From the IMG/VR virus record IMGVR_UViG_3300018405_000014, positions 52,700 through 116,699 of that record: a DNA stretch of 64,000 nucleotides; one strand, 5' to 3'. The notes under the pieces are model-generated. The model saw only the letters and a list, made by a program, of their open reading frames with translations, was not told the origin of the DNA and did not search any database. This document shows positions 1 through 10,294 of the stretch, piece after piece. Made by a program: the position numbers and the translations under genes. The DNA comes from a virus. Its lineage: Duplodnaviria; Caudoviricetes. Position 1 is the first letter of the stretch; every line of letters starts with the position of its first letter.

Positions 1-278
1 ACGTCGCAGAGACCCTGTTTGGGGATCGTCGGTTGGCGGTAATCAGTGAGTTCGGTTTCTGCACAGGAATCGATGCCGATGTGTCGATCAATACGCCGGC
101 TGGCGCAGTCAACTTCAAAGAAGTCATCGCTGCCCAGATCGCCTCGATCATCAGCGGCCACTACGAACTGATTTACAACAGCAAAGGCTTTGACTTCAGT
201 CTGGAAGTGGGTGCTGTCCAGCCGCTTCTTGGCACCAGCCAGATCCCGACGGTGTCCATGCAGATGCTGGGTGGTTAA
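1..278 (+). CDS. 3' end of a probable virion structural protein (begins upstream of window)
   Basis: Frame is open from the window edge to TAA at 278, directly upstream of ruvC; function inferred from context only. Confidence 0.5.
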   Translation, partial: VAETLFGDRRLAVISEFGFCTGIDADVSINTPAGAVNFKEVIAAQIASIISGHYELIYNSKGFDFSLEVGAVQPLLGTSQIPTVSMQMLGG

Positions 279-312
279 CACCCGGTAAACCGACTCCCTG
301 GGGGACCTAGCC

Positions 313-903
313 ATGCAGTTTAACGATGAGTCATTCATCTACCGCATCATGGGGATCGATAACGGCTCGTCTATGTTAGGGATGGTGGTGACAGACCTGG
401 ATTTGCGTACTGGATTGTACGAGGTCGTCACTGCCGAAACCTTCGTGGCCGAGAAGATCCTAAAGGACTACCAGGGGTTGGTTTCATCGCACGGGGCTCG
501 TTGGGCACGTCAGCACGCATTGCAAGATGCGGTGGCCAGTGCATTGCGATTCTTTAACCCGCATGTCGTGGCTGTGGAGACTCCATTCTTCATGCCACGT
601 CGGGTACAGAGCTTTGAAACCCTGACAGAGATGATGATTTTCATTCGACTGGCTGTAGAAGATTACGGTCTAGGCAGTGACATTATCCGCGTCACCCCTG
701 GTCAAGCCAAGCGGGCTGTTCAGCCTGCTAACTTCACCATGAAAAAGGCAGTCATGAAGGACTGCGTTCTTAGAATGGAAAACATCCATTATCGAGAGGG
801 AATCCACAAAGACGCGCTGACGGAACACGAGTACGATGCAATCGCTGTGGCCGTGGCCCATGGTCGAGATGTGAGAAGTGCGACGGGTTTCGTCAAGCCA
901 TAG
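313..903 (+). CDS. ruvC: RuvC-like Holliday junction resolvase
   Basis: IMGIDNG, VAVETPF and EHEYDAIAVA carry the RNase H-fold acidic catalytic residues of RuvC. Confidence 0.85.
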   Translation: MQFNDESFIYRIMGIDNGSSMLGMVVTDLDLRTGLYEVVTAETFVAEKILKDYQGLVSSHGARWARQHALQDAVASALRFFNPHVVAVETPFFMPRRVQSFETLTEMMIFIRLAVEDYGLGSDIIRVTPGQAKRAVQPANFTMKKAVMKDCVLRMENIHYREGIHKDALTEHEYDAIAVAVAHGRDVRSATGFVKP

Positions 904-906
904 ACC

Positions 907-1389
907 ATGAGGGGCGTCGTGATGCTACTGTCTGACGTGATAAAGGTAATTGGTGACGATGAGCTCGAAGAGTTTCCGTGGGGGGGCGTGGTTGTCGATA
1001 CTGTCAACCTATTCGTCACTGAAGAATTTCGTTTGAAGCTGTCTTCAACCGGCCACGATGTTGACCGCGCCCTGAATTCTCTGGGTGCGGATGTGAAGGA
1101 TCTGGTGCTTAGGGCCAACCTGGACACCAGTCAATGCCGTATCACTGCCCCAGTGGGCGGTGGCATGGTAGTAGAGTTTGAAGAGACTACACCTGAAGAT
1201 GAAACACGTAAGCTATGCAAGGCCATGAAGAGTCCGGTCTTTGTCGTAGTGGCGGTGGTGGTGATGATGATGATTATAGTCGCAATGATTATGATCAGTC
1301 TCCTGCCAGGAAACAGACCAATCGACCGGTCCGAGGTGTTTTCAGAGGCGGTTAGGATCTTCTTCCCGTCCCTATTAAACCTACCGTGA
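907..1389 (+). CDS. Hypothetical protein with C-terminal transmembrane segment
   Basis: 160-aa ORF, hydrophobic VFVVVAVVVMMMIIVAMIMISLL. Confidence 0.65.
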   Translation: MRGVVMLLSDVIKVIGDDELEEFPWGGVVVDTVNLFVTEEFRLKLSSTGHDVDRALNSLGADVKDLVLRANLDTSQCRITAPVGGGMVVEFEETTPEDETRKLCKAMKSPVFVVVAVVVMMMIIVAMIMISLLPGNRPIDRSEVFSEAVRIFFPSLLNLP

Positions 1390-1399
1390 GTAACGGACT

Positions 1400-1603
1400 A
1401 TGGGTACTGTTGAACCTGTAACACCACCTGAGAACAAACGTGGATTTGCTTTCTACGTCAAGATGGCCATTCTGGCTGTCGTATTGTTGGTTGTACTTTC
1501 TGAAATTGTTATATCGCAGCGCGCGGGAACCTCATTCAACATGGAGATGCTCGATAAGCTTCTCGATACCTTATTGACCCTGCTGGCCCCGACTCCTGAA
1601 TGA
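1400..1603 (+). CDS. Small membrane protein
   Basis: 67 aa, one TM helix, followed by terminator. Confidence 0.6.
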   Translation: MGTVEPVTPPENKRGFAFYVKMAILAVVLLVVLSEIVISQRAGTSFNMEMLDKLLDTLLTLLAPTPE

Positions 1604-1611
1604 TGTACAGA

Positions 1612-1657
1612 CATAGAGCCTCCTAGAGCCCCTTCAAAGGCTCTAGGAGGCTCTATG
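1612..1657. terminator. Bidirectional hairpin terminator between convergent genes
   Basis: 19-bp inverted repeat CATAGAGCCTCCTAGAGCC...GGCTCTAGGAGGCTCTATG. Confidence 0.8.
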
Positions 1658-1664
1658 CGGCACG

Positions 1665-2303
1665 TTAGTGCTTCTTGCGATGCATCGGGTTGCTTACCTC
1701 AAAAGAGTTCTTAAACAGCGTCCTGACGAACTCTGCATCTTCCTGGGTCTTGATGCCGGGTTTGATCACGCGGATGTCTTCCAGGGCAAAGGGAATCTCC
1801 ACCTCTTCGATCTTCACACCATCCGGTACTTCCAGATCGATCTTGACCATCGATTGCTGGACACCCTCGGCATCTTCAAAGACGTCCACTTCAAGCACCA
1901 AGTCACTGTCCTTGACCGGGAAGAAGTAACGGGTCTTTTTCAGACCAGTGGGTACCAAGGAACGGAAGATAGCGAATGTATCGGCCGAGATCTCCATTTC
2001 ATTCTCTTGATTGCCGTCGGGTTGTTTGACCTTGATGGTTTGGGTGTAGACAGGCTCACCGTCCCCGGTCTTTGTCATGCGGACACGGATGTTACCGTTT
2101 ATGCCCGTATCACCCCCTACGTTGCAGGGCATGCCCCATTGTTCCTGGAACTCCTGACGGTCTGCCGACTTGGCCAGTGCTTCAAGGTCCTTGACTTTAC
2201 CGTAGATCTCATATTCCCGTTCCTGGACCGTAGCCCCTTCTGCATTACTCTCCAAGCTGACGGCGTAGACGGGCGCCATGGCTTGTTTGAGGATTGTGTT
2301 CAT
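1665..2303 (-). CDS. CYTH/triphosphate-tunnel-like protein with N-terminal SLE motif
   Basis: EREYE, IRVR, TIKVK, ENEMEI, KKTRY and LEVDVF match the CYTH pattern; start reassigned to MNTILKQ. Confidence 0.65.
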   Translation of the reverse strand: MNTILKQAMAPVYAVSLESNAEGATVQEREYEIYGKVKDLEALAKSADRQEFQEQWGMPCNVGGDTGINGNIRVRMTKTGDGEPVYTQTIKVKQPDGNQENEMEISADTFAIFRSLVPTGLKKTRYFFPVKDSDLVLEVDVFEDAEGVQQSMVKIDLEVPDGVKIEEVEIPFALEDIRVIKPGIKTQEDAEFVRTLFKNSFEVSNPMHRKKH

Positions 2304-2402
2304 GATAATGTCCTGTAGACGTAAGACCGACAAAAAAAGAAATGCACCATAGAATGACAGGGAAAGGCCGAAGCCCTCCCCTGTCACCCTGTGGCGTATG
2401 AC

Positions 2403-4319
2403 TTAAGCCAGACGGATACCTACGATGTCGCGGGCACCACTGATGGCCACCAGCTCGAAGCACAGGTTGTCAGCGGTCATCATGTAGATGTGCCCTGCGC
2501 CAGCCAGACGGCGTGCGGTGGCATACAGCTGCACCAGAACTTCAGCCAACTGCGGTTGTGCACCGGCCCCAGTCTTATTGGGGGTGCGCACTTCCTCAGA
2601 GACCAGCCCGAATTCTTCAGAGCTCACCTTGACATGGATCATGCCCAGCGGCTTGAACAACACCGCGACATTTTCACGGAACTGACGGTAGGCTTCCGGA
2701 TCTTCTTCAGCGATCGGCAGCGTGTCCGTGCACTCCATGAACTCCATACGCATGGCCTCATCGGTCAGCGGCGTCAGGCTCAGCAGCAGGTTGCGGGTAC
2801 GGCTGAGGAACTGTGCTGCATAGCCGGCACCGAACTTCTTGAACCGACCGCAATTGAGCAGGTCTTCAAAGTCCTCAACAAAGCTGGTGATCTTCAGGCC
2901 CGACAGACCAAACTGATCCAGGACTGCACGGTTCACCTCGTCGGTGTAATGCTTGTCCAGGTAGTTCATCACGTTTTCAGCGATGTTGCCACGCAGTGTC
3001 TTCAGGCGCTTTTGCAGCACCAGTAGATCCGCTTCGCTTTCATTCAGCGCTTTGATGGAATCCAGCGCTTTGATGGTCTCCTTGTCAGCGGGCAGTTGGA
3101 CAGCTACAAACTTGGATGTCACAGTGATGTGTTCATCCTGCTTTTGCGCAGCACCGGCCGCCTGAAGGGCAGCTTCTTCCAAGCTGGAAACTGCCTCAGT
3201 GCCAGACACACTGTGGACACTGTTCAGTTTCAGGTCATCGAGCACGTACTTGCGGACAGCTTCTTCCACATTCTTCAGTGCATCGAGGTCAACCACATCT
3301 AGGTCGTTGCTGGGGAACAGGTCATCACCGCTTTCACGGTCAGACACAGAACGAACTTGGTTGGGGCGGGTCATGTTGCGGATTTCGTGGGCGTACTCGA
3401 CCAGGTCTCCAGTCACGGCTAGGAACTCCTCTCGGACAGAGCCGTCCTTGCCCTTAACAAGGAAGCAGACTTCCTGGTCGGGATCGTAGGTACGGCGGGT
3501 GTGTTGTTTGGGTGACCAAGTCCAGGCGAACTTGGAACGGTGGGCCAGCTGCCAGTTCTCGCCGTTGACCCAGAAGTCATCGTACGGACGATCTACATTG
3601 AAATCAGGGCCGTCAGACTTCTGAGTTTCAGCAACCGGTTCTTGACGCACGGTTGTCGGGATGTCAGTCCGCGCCACATCGACGCGCCCTTGACTAATAC
3701 CCGATGCCTCTTGACCGAACCCGGCGCGGCGTGGTTGTTGCTCGTCACGGTTAAACAGGCTAGCACGCGGCTGTTCAGCCTGCGGGACCGCTGGTCGACG
3801 AGAAAAGATGCTGTTGCTACCCCGGACATCACGCTGAGGTTCGTTGCGGCTAAACACCGAACCTGCACGCGAGCCCACGACACGGTTATCGCCACGCTCA
3901 AAGACGCTACGGCGGTCACCACCAAAGACACCCGAGGAACGACCGGTGCCGGCACTGCGGCCCTGGATACGTGCCAGCAGGGTGTTCCACTTATCCTCGT
4001 GACGACGCATGTCGGTGTAGATGTCATCCGGAGCGGAGTCAACAAAATCCGGATCACTCATACCGAAGGCGCCCACATGACTGTCGACGATGTCGACGAT
4101 CACGTCACGGACGATAGCTTCTTCGTTCGAGCTACGCGAGGTGCGCAGGTCGTTGTCTGCCACGACGGCAATCACATCCACCAGCTGATTCATCTCGCTG
4201 TTGTTGTAATTCTGAGCCGACATGTAGCGCGCGTACTCACGACGAAGGCTGTTGGAACTGGCCCGGTTCTCGATGTAATCGATAGTGCGGTCGTAGACGT
4301 AGTTGATCAAGTCGCTCAT
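2403..4319 (-). CDS. Conserved phiKZ-like hypothetical protein downstream of the nvRNAP subunit
   Basis: 638-aa ORF, co-oriented with the RNAP subunit gene, with an Arg/Gly/Ser-rich linker. Confidence 0.7.
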   Translation of the reverse strand: MSDLINYVYDRTIDYIENRASSNSLRREYARYMSAQNYNNSEMNQLVDVIAVVADNDLRTSRSSNEEAIVRDVIVDIVDSHVGAFGMSDPDFVDSAPDDIYTDMRRHEDKWNTLLARIQGRSAGTGRSSGVFGGDRRSVFERGDNRVVGSRAGSVFSRNEPQRDVRGSNSIFSRRPAVPQAEQPRASLFNRDEQQPRRAGFGQEASGISQGRVDVARTDIPTTVRQEPVAETQKSDGPDFNVDRPYDDFWVNGENWQLAHRSKFAWTWSPKQHTRRTYDPDQEVCFLVKGKDGSVREEFLAVTGDLVEYAHEIRNMTRPNQVRSVSDRESGDDLFPSNDLDVVDLDALKNVEEAVRKYVLDDLKLNSVHSVSGTEAVSSLEEAALQAAGAAQKQDEHITVTSKFVAVQLPADKETIKALDSIKALNESEADLLVLQKRLKTLRGNIAENVMNYLDKHYTDEVNRAVLDQFGLSGLKITSFVEDFEDLLNCGRFKKFGAGYAAQFLSRTRNLLLSLTPLTDEAMRMEFMECTDTLPIAEEDPEAYRQFRENVAVLFKPLGMIHVKVSSEEFGLVSEEVRTPNKTGAGAQPQLAEVLVQLYATARRLAGAGHIYMMTADNLCFELVAISGARDIVGIRLA

Positions 4320-4342
4320 GGTGTACTCCAGATCTGGTAAAC

Positions 4343-5977
4343 TTAGGTGCGTCGGATCAGTGCTTGCGTATGATCCAAGATAGGTTTGAACTCAGGTACC
4401 TCTTCGGTCGTATGTCGAGGTCCCAGACGGATACACGGATTGAACCGGTTGTTTCCGATGGGGGTTGACTTCGGCAGTACGCCGAACCCTGTGACAGCAG
4501 CGAAGGAGGAGTCCAAGTACATGGTGGGGCCAATCGGCTTGGCATCTTGGCTTTTACCCCGGCCGTGGGTATCGGTCTGCTGAACAATCACACTCGTGAT
4601 CTTAAAGAACATGTTGTCACTCGGGTTGGACACCGAGGAGACTTCGGGATGTTCGGCAGCGGAACTGATGCCATGGATCAACCATGGGTTGAAATACTTG
4701 CGAAGAATATCCTCGTACTCCTTGTTGGTGAGGGTCTTCTTGGAATTGCCGGTGATCTTGAACAGGAACTCGAACACATTGTTGTTGATGTTACGCAGCA
4801 GATAGCGCAGCACTTCGAGACGCTTGTTGTACAGGCAGGCCTCCTGGCCTCGCTTGCTGTTCAACATGTTCTGCATCTCTTTCATGATGTGGGCCATCAG
4901 GTCGTACAGATCGCTGCAGTCGATGTTCACTTCCTTCAGTGTCTTGATGGTTTCTTGGTCCACATAACCATCGAGCGACTTCAGGTGAATGTCAATTTCA
5001 CTGACCAGCTTGCCGTAGTTGTTGCTTTCACCCCAGAGAATGAACGCGAGGAATACACGCCACCACCAAGTATCATTCAGATCCTTGACGTCTTCCACGT
5101 ACTCTGGGAAATGGTCAATCACGTAGAAGAACCCTGCCGCCATCGAACTGGCCAGCTCACTCCATGATCCGCGGTCTATCAGCATGATAAAGTCGGTGGC
5201 AATGGCTTCGTAGTTACGACGTGGGTTCACGCCCCGCGGGGCTTTACGCATCGAGCTGACCTTGACCCAATATTCTTCAGGATAGGCTTCCGGGTCGTAA
5301 TCTTGCTGGCGCATGACCACCGGTCTGGTGCCGGTGTACTTTTCAAACGCCTCGTACAACCCATACTTACAGAACAGGTAATGTGGAAGGGAACTGAAGA
5401 CATACCCCAGGCGAATCAGATCGCTACGGTTGCGTGCCTTCTTGTTGTGCAGCTGGGAGTACACCACCTGCTCCTTGACCCGCAGACCATCGATCACCAC
5501 GGTGTAGCTTTCGCGGTTAAACGACATCGGTGCACGCGGGATGCGGATGAACACACTGTTCTCTTCGATCTCGAAAGCAATGTCGCCCATGACGGGTGCC
5601 ACTGCAAACGGTTTACCTGAAATGTAAAGCATGCCTGCCTGTCCCACATATGGCAGGTACATGTACATTGGGGCAAGTTCTTTGCCCTGATTCCTGAACC
5701 GATACTTCACCAAATACACCGAGGTGTGCGCGATGTCGTAGATCCGGTTATTGCCCGAGCGCGCCCGAGTAATGACGTTATACGTTTCCAACGGCGAACA
5801 GCGCTCACTCCCGATAAATTCGAACCCATCCGGATACTGGGACTCACCGCAACGGATGCGGCTATCAATGTAGGCCTTGGCGTGCGGGACGTCCTTACAG
5901 GCAATCCCTTTGACCACATCCTCATTGAACACTGGCGCACGTTTGCGGTGAGAGTATTCGAATAATGCGGAGTCCAT
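4343..5977 (-). CDS. Non-virion RNA polymerase beta-like subunit (phiKZ gp123-like)
   Basis: 544 aa; YLPYV..AG..YISG beta N-terminal-like motif; syntenic with DnaB and the major capsid gene as in phiKZ. Confidence 0.75.
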   Translation of the reverse strand: MDSALFEYSHRKRAPVFNEDVVKGIACKDVPHAKAYIDSRIRCGESQYPDGFEFIGSERCSPLETYNVITRARSGNNRIYDIAHTSVYLVKYRFRNQGKELAPMYMYLPYVGQAGMLYISGKPFAVAPVMGDIAFEIEENSVFIRIPRAPMSFNRESYTVVIDGLRVKEQVVYSQLHNKKARNRSDLIRLGYVFSSLPHYLFCKYGLYEAFEKYTGTRPVVMRQQDYDPEAYPEEYWVKVSSMRKAPRGVNPRRNYEAIATDFIMLIDRGSWSELASSMAAGFFYVIDHFPEYVEDVKDLNDTWWWRVFLAFILWGESNNYGKLVSEIDIHLKSLDGYVDQETIKTLKEVNIDCSDLYDLMAHIMKEMQNMLNSKRGQEACLYNKRLEVLRYLLRNINNNVFEFLFKITGNSKKTLTNKEYEDILRKYFNPWLIHGISSAAEHPEVSSVSNPSDNMFFKITSVIVQQTDTHGRGKSQDAKPIGPTMYLDSSFAAVTGFGVLPKSTPIGNNRFNPCIRLGPRHTTEEVPEFKPILDHTQALIRRT

Positions 5978-5995
5978 TGGCTACCCCTTGTTCTG

Positions 5996-7126
5996 TCAGG
6001 CTTTGGCTGATATTTTAGACAATACCCCGTAAAGAGTAATGGCTGCCCCTACGATCGCAACGATCGTCTTAGCCCATTCGACATAATTACGCCGCATCGC
6101 GGCTTCCCTGTCTTGCTGAGCTTTGCTGTAAGCCCCTTCATTACGTAAGTTCTGAAGTGTCTTCTCTACCTCGAGCTGTTCGGTCCTGATCTTGGATTCC
6201 TCCAGTTTCCGAATCGTCATGTCGCGCTCGATCATCCCCTTCGCCATCTCGGTGATCGGGCCACCGTTGATAGCGTCTTCCACGGTCCGGTGTAGTCCGA
6301 ACTTCTTATCTGCCTCTTCGAAGGTGTACGAACGGTTGATCACTTCACTGACCACCCGCCCTTCATCCACCGGCTTACGGCAGACCACATGAATCCCAGT
6401 CGGGTAGGACAGGTCCCGCTCCACCGGAATCATGAATACATCGCCACCCACATTGATGTAGCGCGTCCCGCGCTGCACCTGATGGGCATTGTCCACAGCT
6501 TTAAGCATGAAACCAAAAGTCGCCTCACCCATGCCAGGCGCTATGTCCTGCAGGGTCCGTTCATCGCGCTTGATCTTGTCAAACGGATGGCGGGCTCCAC
6601 GGTCTGCGACCCACTCTACCAGAAGATCGACATCCGGCATATAGCAACGCCCGGAGGCGTCTGTCATGTCGCGCCAATAGATGACATACTCTACACTGGC
6701 ACTCACGAACTGCTGAGTGTTTGCATGCAGTGCACCGTCGTAGGCCCTGATCCAATACTGGGTCTCACGGTCATCCAGGTTAGGACGGGTCCGTAACGTA
6801 TCAAGAGCCCGTTCCATGGATGCCTTGCTCATGGTGTGCGTGACACAGACGATGAATTCATCGCCACTGCCATTACCGATCGGCGGAACCACAATAGCGG
6901 TACCGTCTCGACTGGTCACAACAACGTCACGCTCCATGTAGTTGTAATAGTTGGTGGTGACATACGGAGCACCCCTCACTCCTCGCTCATGGTCCGCACT
7001 GGCTCTTCTTATCCGCGTAGCGTTTCGCTGCTGATAAGGAAGATCTTCACGTTCGAGGTGAGCGGGATTCTGAGTGCTATGTGGGTACCTATTAAAGCGA
7101 TTATCGATGCGAGTGACGTCGTCCAT
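5996..7126 (-). CDS. Conserved hypothetical protein (phiKZ gp122-like position) with C-terminal coiled coil and TM
   Basis: 376 aa, lies between the capsid and RNAP genes, hydrophobic C-terminus. Confidence 0.7.
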   Translation of the reverse strand: MDDVTRIDNRFNRYPHSTQNPAHLEREDLPYQQRNATRIRRASADHERGVRGAPYVTTNYYNYMERDVVVTSRDGTAIVVPPIGNGSGDEFIVCVTHTMSKASMERALDTLRTRPNLDDRETQYWIRAYDGALHANTQQFVSASVEYVIYWRDMTDASGRCYMPDVDLLVEWVADRGARHPFDKIKRDERTLQDIAPGMGEATFGFMLKAVDNAHQVQRGTRYINVGGDVFMIPVERDLSYPTGIHVVCRKPVDEGRVVSEVINRSYTFEEADKKFGLHRTVEDAINGGPITEMAKGMIERDMTIRKLEESKIRTEQLEVEKTLQNLRNEGAYSKAQQDREAAMRRNYVEWAKTIVAIVGAAITLYGVLSKISAKA

Positions 7127-7246
7127 AGATGAACACCATTATTTAAAAAATTACTACGGAATCGTGTGATTTTATTTCTTTTGATACTGATGACTGACTG
7201 CGTGCCATCAGTCTAATGGCAATCGCTTATTTCCTTGATCACATCG

Positions 7247-7274
7247 ATAATGTATCGCTCTATTTCGCTTCAAT
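7247..7274 (-). promoter_or_regulatory. Putative early promoter (ATTG-N16-TACATTAT)
   Basis: One of 7 identically spaced copies; resembles the phiKZ early TATATTAC element. Confidence 0.65.
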
Positions 7275-7290
7275 GGATTCTGGACATGCG

Positions 7291-7322
7291 GCATAAAAAG
7301 CGGACCGAAGCCCGCTTTTTAT
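7291..7322 (-). terminator. Terminator after major capsid gene
   Basis: ATAAAAAGCGG...CCGCTTTTTAT hairpin. Confidence 0.7.
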
Positions 7323-7357
7323 TTGCGTCACTAGGACACCCAGTCAACCCTTACGGA

Positions 7358-9595
7358 TTAACCTCCAGTTCCAGCGCCGGTATCAGAACCGGTACCAGTG
7401 CTGCCAGTGCTACCTTCGACGGGGTCGGTGGCGTCGGCGCTACCGGGAAAGTTCTGGACGGGATACGCCCAGCCCTCCGACAGTACTTCGTCCAGGCCGA
7501 TCACGTTGATCTTGCCGAAGATCGGGAGGTGGTTGACGTGACGGTTACGCGGCTGAACCATCGCTTCACGGATCTGGGTTTCATCACGGCTCACGTTAAC
7601 GTGGCTGATCAGTTCCGGAATCCAGAAGTGAGTACCGCAGTTCAGCGGATCGAGGCCTTCGGTTTCACGCTTGAAGGTCCAGTAGATGGTGCGGCGAATG
7701 CGCTCGTCGACCGAGGTCACTTTCTCGAAGCTGATGTCGTCACCCAGGGTACGGGCATCGCCGTCCTTCAGGATGTACGAAGCAGTCTTCGGATCGGAAC
7801 CGATGATCACGTGCACCTTCTCACCAACGTAGCCGGTGTAGGCGTCCAGAGCGGTCTTGTAGTTGGACTCCAGGATAGCATCCTGAATGTCGCTACGCAG
7901 GACGTTGCCCAGAGCAGCCTGGACGTCCTGTACGCGCTCGAAGCTGCGGCGGCTGATTACCAGCTCACGCAGGTCGAGGTTGCGCTCACGGAACCACGGA
8001 CGGACCAGGAAGCGTGCGATACCTTCGACTTCCGGCAGGAGGTCGTCAGCGTCGATGCTGCCGCTCAGGAACTTCCAACGGCTCAGGCCGTCAACGAAGC
8101 GCTGCAGAGTGGTCACAGCCATGTTGTCGTTACGCAGACGCGCAGCAGTCACCAGCAGATCGATGTCAGCCATGCCACGGGCTTCAGCCAGCGGGGACGG
8201 AATCGACAGCGGGCTACCCAGCATCACCGGATAACGCTCGGTGTACTCGGAGCTGTTCAGCTGCAGGCCGCGCAGACGGCGGTTGGCGTTGGACAGGCGA
8301 GCAGCCGGTTCCCAGCCGATCACAGCGAGGTCAGCCAGGCCATCAGCGATGGTCTTGCCTACGCCAGCGTTGGTCAGGGACAGGACTTCACCAGCAGCGT
8401 TAACCACACGGTCAACAGCGATGGTAGCCGGGTTGACAACAGCGTTGCCCTTCTCGACGTCCACGTTACCAGTCACGACCAGAGCCAGAGTCACGGTGTA
8501 ACCACCTTCGACGATCTGCTTCAGGATCGGGTTGGTTACCGGCTCGCCATTGTAGTTCAGGGACTTGGCATTGATCTGGATGGAGCTCGAACGGAAGTTC
8601 AGTTCCAGTTCGCGGGCCAGACCCTGGTTGCCCTTGATGAACGCAGCACGCGGCAGGTTCTCGACATCGAAGCCCAGAACGTCGCTGTCACCCTTACGGA
8701 TGTACAGAGTCTTCAGACCGACGTTGCGGTCCAGAGAATCGGTCTGGTTGGCTTGACCGGCGATCTTGACCAGAGTGTTCTGGGCCAGGCCGACCAGGTT
8801 GACGCGATTGCCGACTTTCAGAGCGCTGGTGGTGACCTTACGGTTGCCCAGTTCAACGCTGCGCGGAGCGATGACGTTTTCGGCGACGAACAGATCCTTG
8901 TTACCGTCATGGATTTCCGGTACCAGAGTGGTCGACTGGTCGGCCAGGATCTTGTAGTTCAGAGCAGCTTCGAGCAGACGGCGCTGTTTGAAGTCGGCGT
9001 GGTCGCCACGGGTGTTGTGCAGGAAGTGGTTCAGCACGAGGTGCGAACGGATGGTGACGTCAGCGCCGCCCTGTTCCGGGGTCAGAACCACGGTACGGTA
9101 GAAGCCTTCAGCGAATTCGCCCTGCTTGGCCGCTTTCTGGTTGTAGACCATGGACAGACCGATGAAGTCGGTCAGGTTGCTGTTGTCGAAGGCTTCCAGG
9201 GAAGCGACAGCTTTTTCCATGAAGTCGAAGTCGCCGAGGGACTCGACGGAAACGACGGTGCCAGCGCCACGAGGAGCGGAAGCGTCCGAAGCGCTGAGAG
9301 CGGTACGGGCGTATTCAGCCGGGGAGGCCGAAGCCATGGCGATAACAGCAACGGCGTCTTTCTGAGCCTTGGTCAGGGTTTCGCCGCCGAAGGATTCCAG
9401 GGAGACCGACAGGTCGCTGACCACGGATTCCATGGACAGTTCCAGGTTTTCACGGTCCAGCGAGGACAGCGATTCCATGGATGCTACACCGATGTTACCA
9501 ACGATGGCACCCTGGCTGAAACGGGATTGCAGATCTTGAGCCTGACTGGCCAGGGTTTCCTGGGCGGTCGGCGCCTTCTTACCTACTACACTCAT
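7358..9595 (-). CDS. Major capsid protein (phiKZ gp120-like)
   Basis: ~745 aa with strong codon bias; N-terminal propeptide with repeated SME/SLE/SVE sites; QGEFAEGFYRTVV and QPRNRHVNHLPI motifs; GGAG RBS before MSVVGKK. Confidence 0.9.
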   Translation of the reverse strand: MSVVGKKAPTAQETLASQAQDLQSRFSQGAIVGNIGVASMESLSSLDRENLELSMESVVSDLSVSLESFGGETLTKAQKDAVAVIAMASASPAEYARTALSASDASAPRGAGTVVSVESLGDFDFMEKAVASLEAFDNSNLTDFIGLSMVYNQKAAKQGEFAEGFYRTVVLTPEQGGADVTIRSHLVLNHFLHNTRGDHADFKQRRLLEAALNYKILADQSTTLVPEIHDGNKDLFVAENVIAPRSVELGNRKVTTSALKVGNRVNLVGLAQNTLVKIAGQANQTDSLDRNVGLKTLYIRKGDSDVLGFDVENLPRAAFIKGNQGLARELELNFRSSSIQINAKSLNYNGEPVTNPILKQIVEGGYTVTLALVVTGNVDVEKGNAVVNPATIAVDRVVNAAGEVLSLTNAGVGKTIADGLADLAVIGWEPAARLSNANRRLRGLQLNSSEYTERYPVMLGSPLSIPSPLAEARGMADIDLLVTAARLRNDNMAVTTLQRFVDGLSRWKFLSGSIDADDLLPEVEGIARFLVRPWFRERNLDLRELVISRRSFERVQDVQAALGNVLRSDIQDAILESNYKTALDAYTGYVGEKVHVIIGSDPKTASYILKDGDARTLGDDISFEKVTSVDERIRRTIYWTFKRETEGLDPLNCGTHFWIPELISHVNVSRDETQIREAMVQPRNRHVNHLPIFGKINVIGLDEVLSEGWAYPVQNFPGSADATDPVEGSTGSTGTGSDTGAGTGG

Positions 9596-9743
9596 TTTTT
9601 GTTTCTCCGCGAAGATTGCAGCGCGCGCTGCGTGACTGCGAGCATACCGGGTTTTCATCTCCGTCCCCCGATACTTACGCAAGTTTTGCATACCATTGCA
9701 GAAAGATGTCCGCAATAGTCCTCAATAAAATACCGGCTTTTAG

Positions 9744-10253
9744 TTACAGTTGGTTCACGGCGTGCTGAAACGTGATAGTTTTAGCCAACTCGTGTACACC
9801 TACCATGTCATAGAGTACGGCGCTGATTTTAAGCGAAAGGTCAGCACGGGCAGTTTTCAAATCCTGCTCAGACTTATCCGACGCCTGTGTACATAGAAAG
9901 AGTCCCAGAGTGTTCTGGTCGATCATTTCTACATGGGCATGTAGCTCACCCTGCCTGTTGGTAGTCGCACCGAAGACAGTAGTCTCGAACGGCACGTTGG
10001 CGCAAAATGCACGTTCTTCGAGGTTCAGGCTTTCACCTACACCGTCGAAATCGAAGGTGCATTTGCCCTCACCCAACAGGATGTTCAGGATTTCTTCACG
10101 ATGGGATTGCACCAAGCGGTAAATCAAAAGATCTCTGCTTGATACTATGCCAGACAACTTTTCCCAATCAGTGAGATCGGCATTCGACAGTCCCAGCTCC
10201 TTCATGATGAGGTTGAGCCAGACAGGGACTACGACCAGTTTGATTTTGCTCAT
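9744..10253 (-). CDS. Hypothetical protein
   Basis: 169-aa ORF between the capsid gene and DnaB. Confidence 0.65.
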   Translation of the reverse strand: MSKIKLVVVPVWLNLIMKELGLSNADLTDWEKLSGIVSSRDLLIYRLVQSHREEILNILLGEGKCTFDFDGVGESLNLEERAFCANVPFETTVFGATTNRQGELHAHVEMIDQNTLGLFLCTQASDKSEQDLKTARADLSLKISAVLYDMVGVHELAKTITFQHAVNQL

Positions 10254-10294
10254 TAGACATTCATCCTCTTTAGAGCGGTGGTTAAGGCTTATCC

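Noticed and set aside
907-1603. Holin/antiholin assignment
   Set aside because: TM segments only; no adjacent endolysin seen
7235-9718. 827-aa plus-strand ORF
   Set aside because: Antisense shadow of the codon-biased major capsid gene
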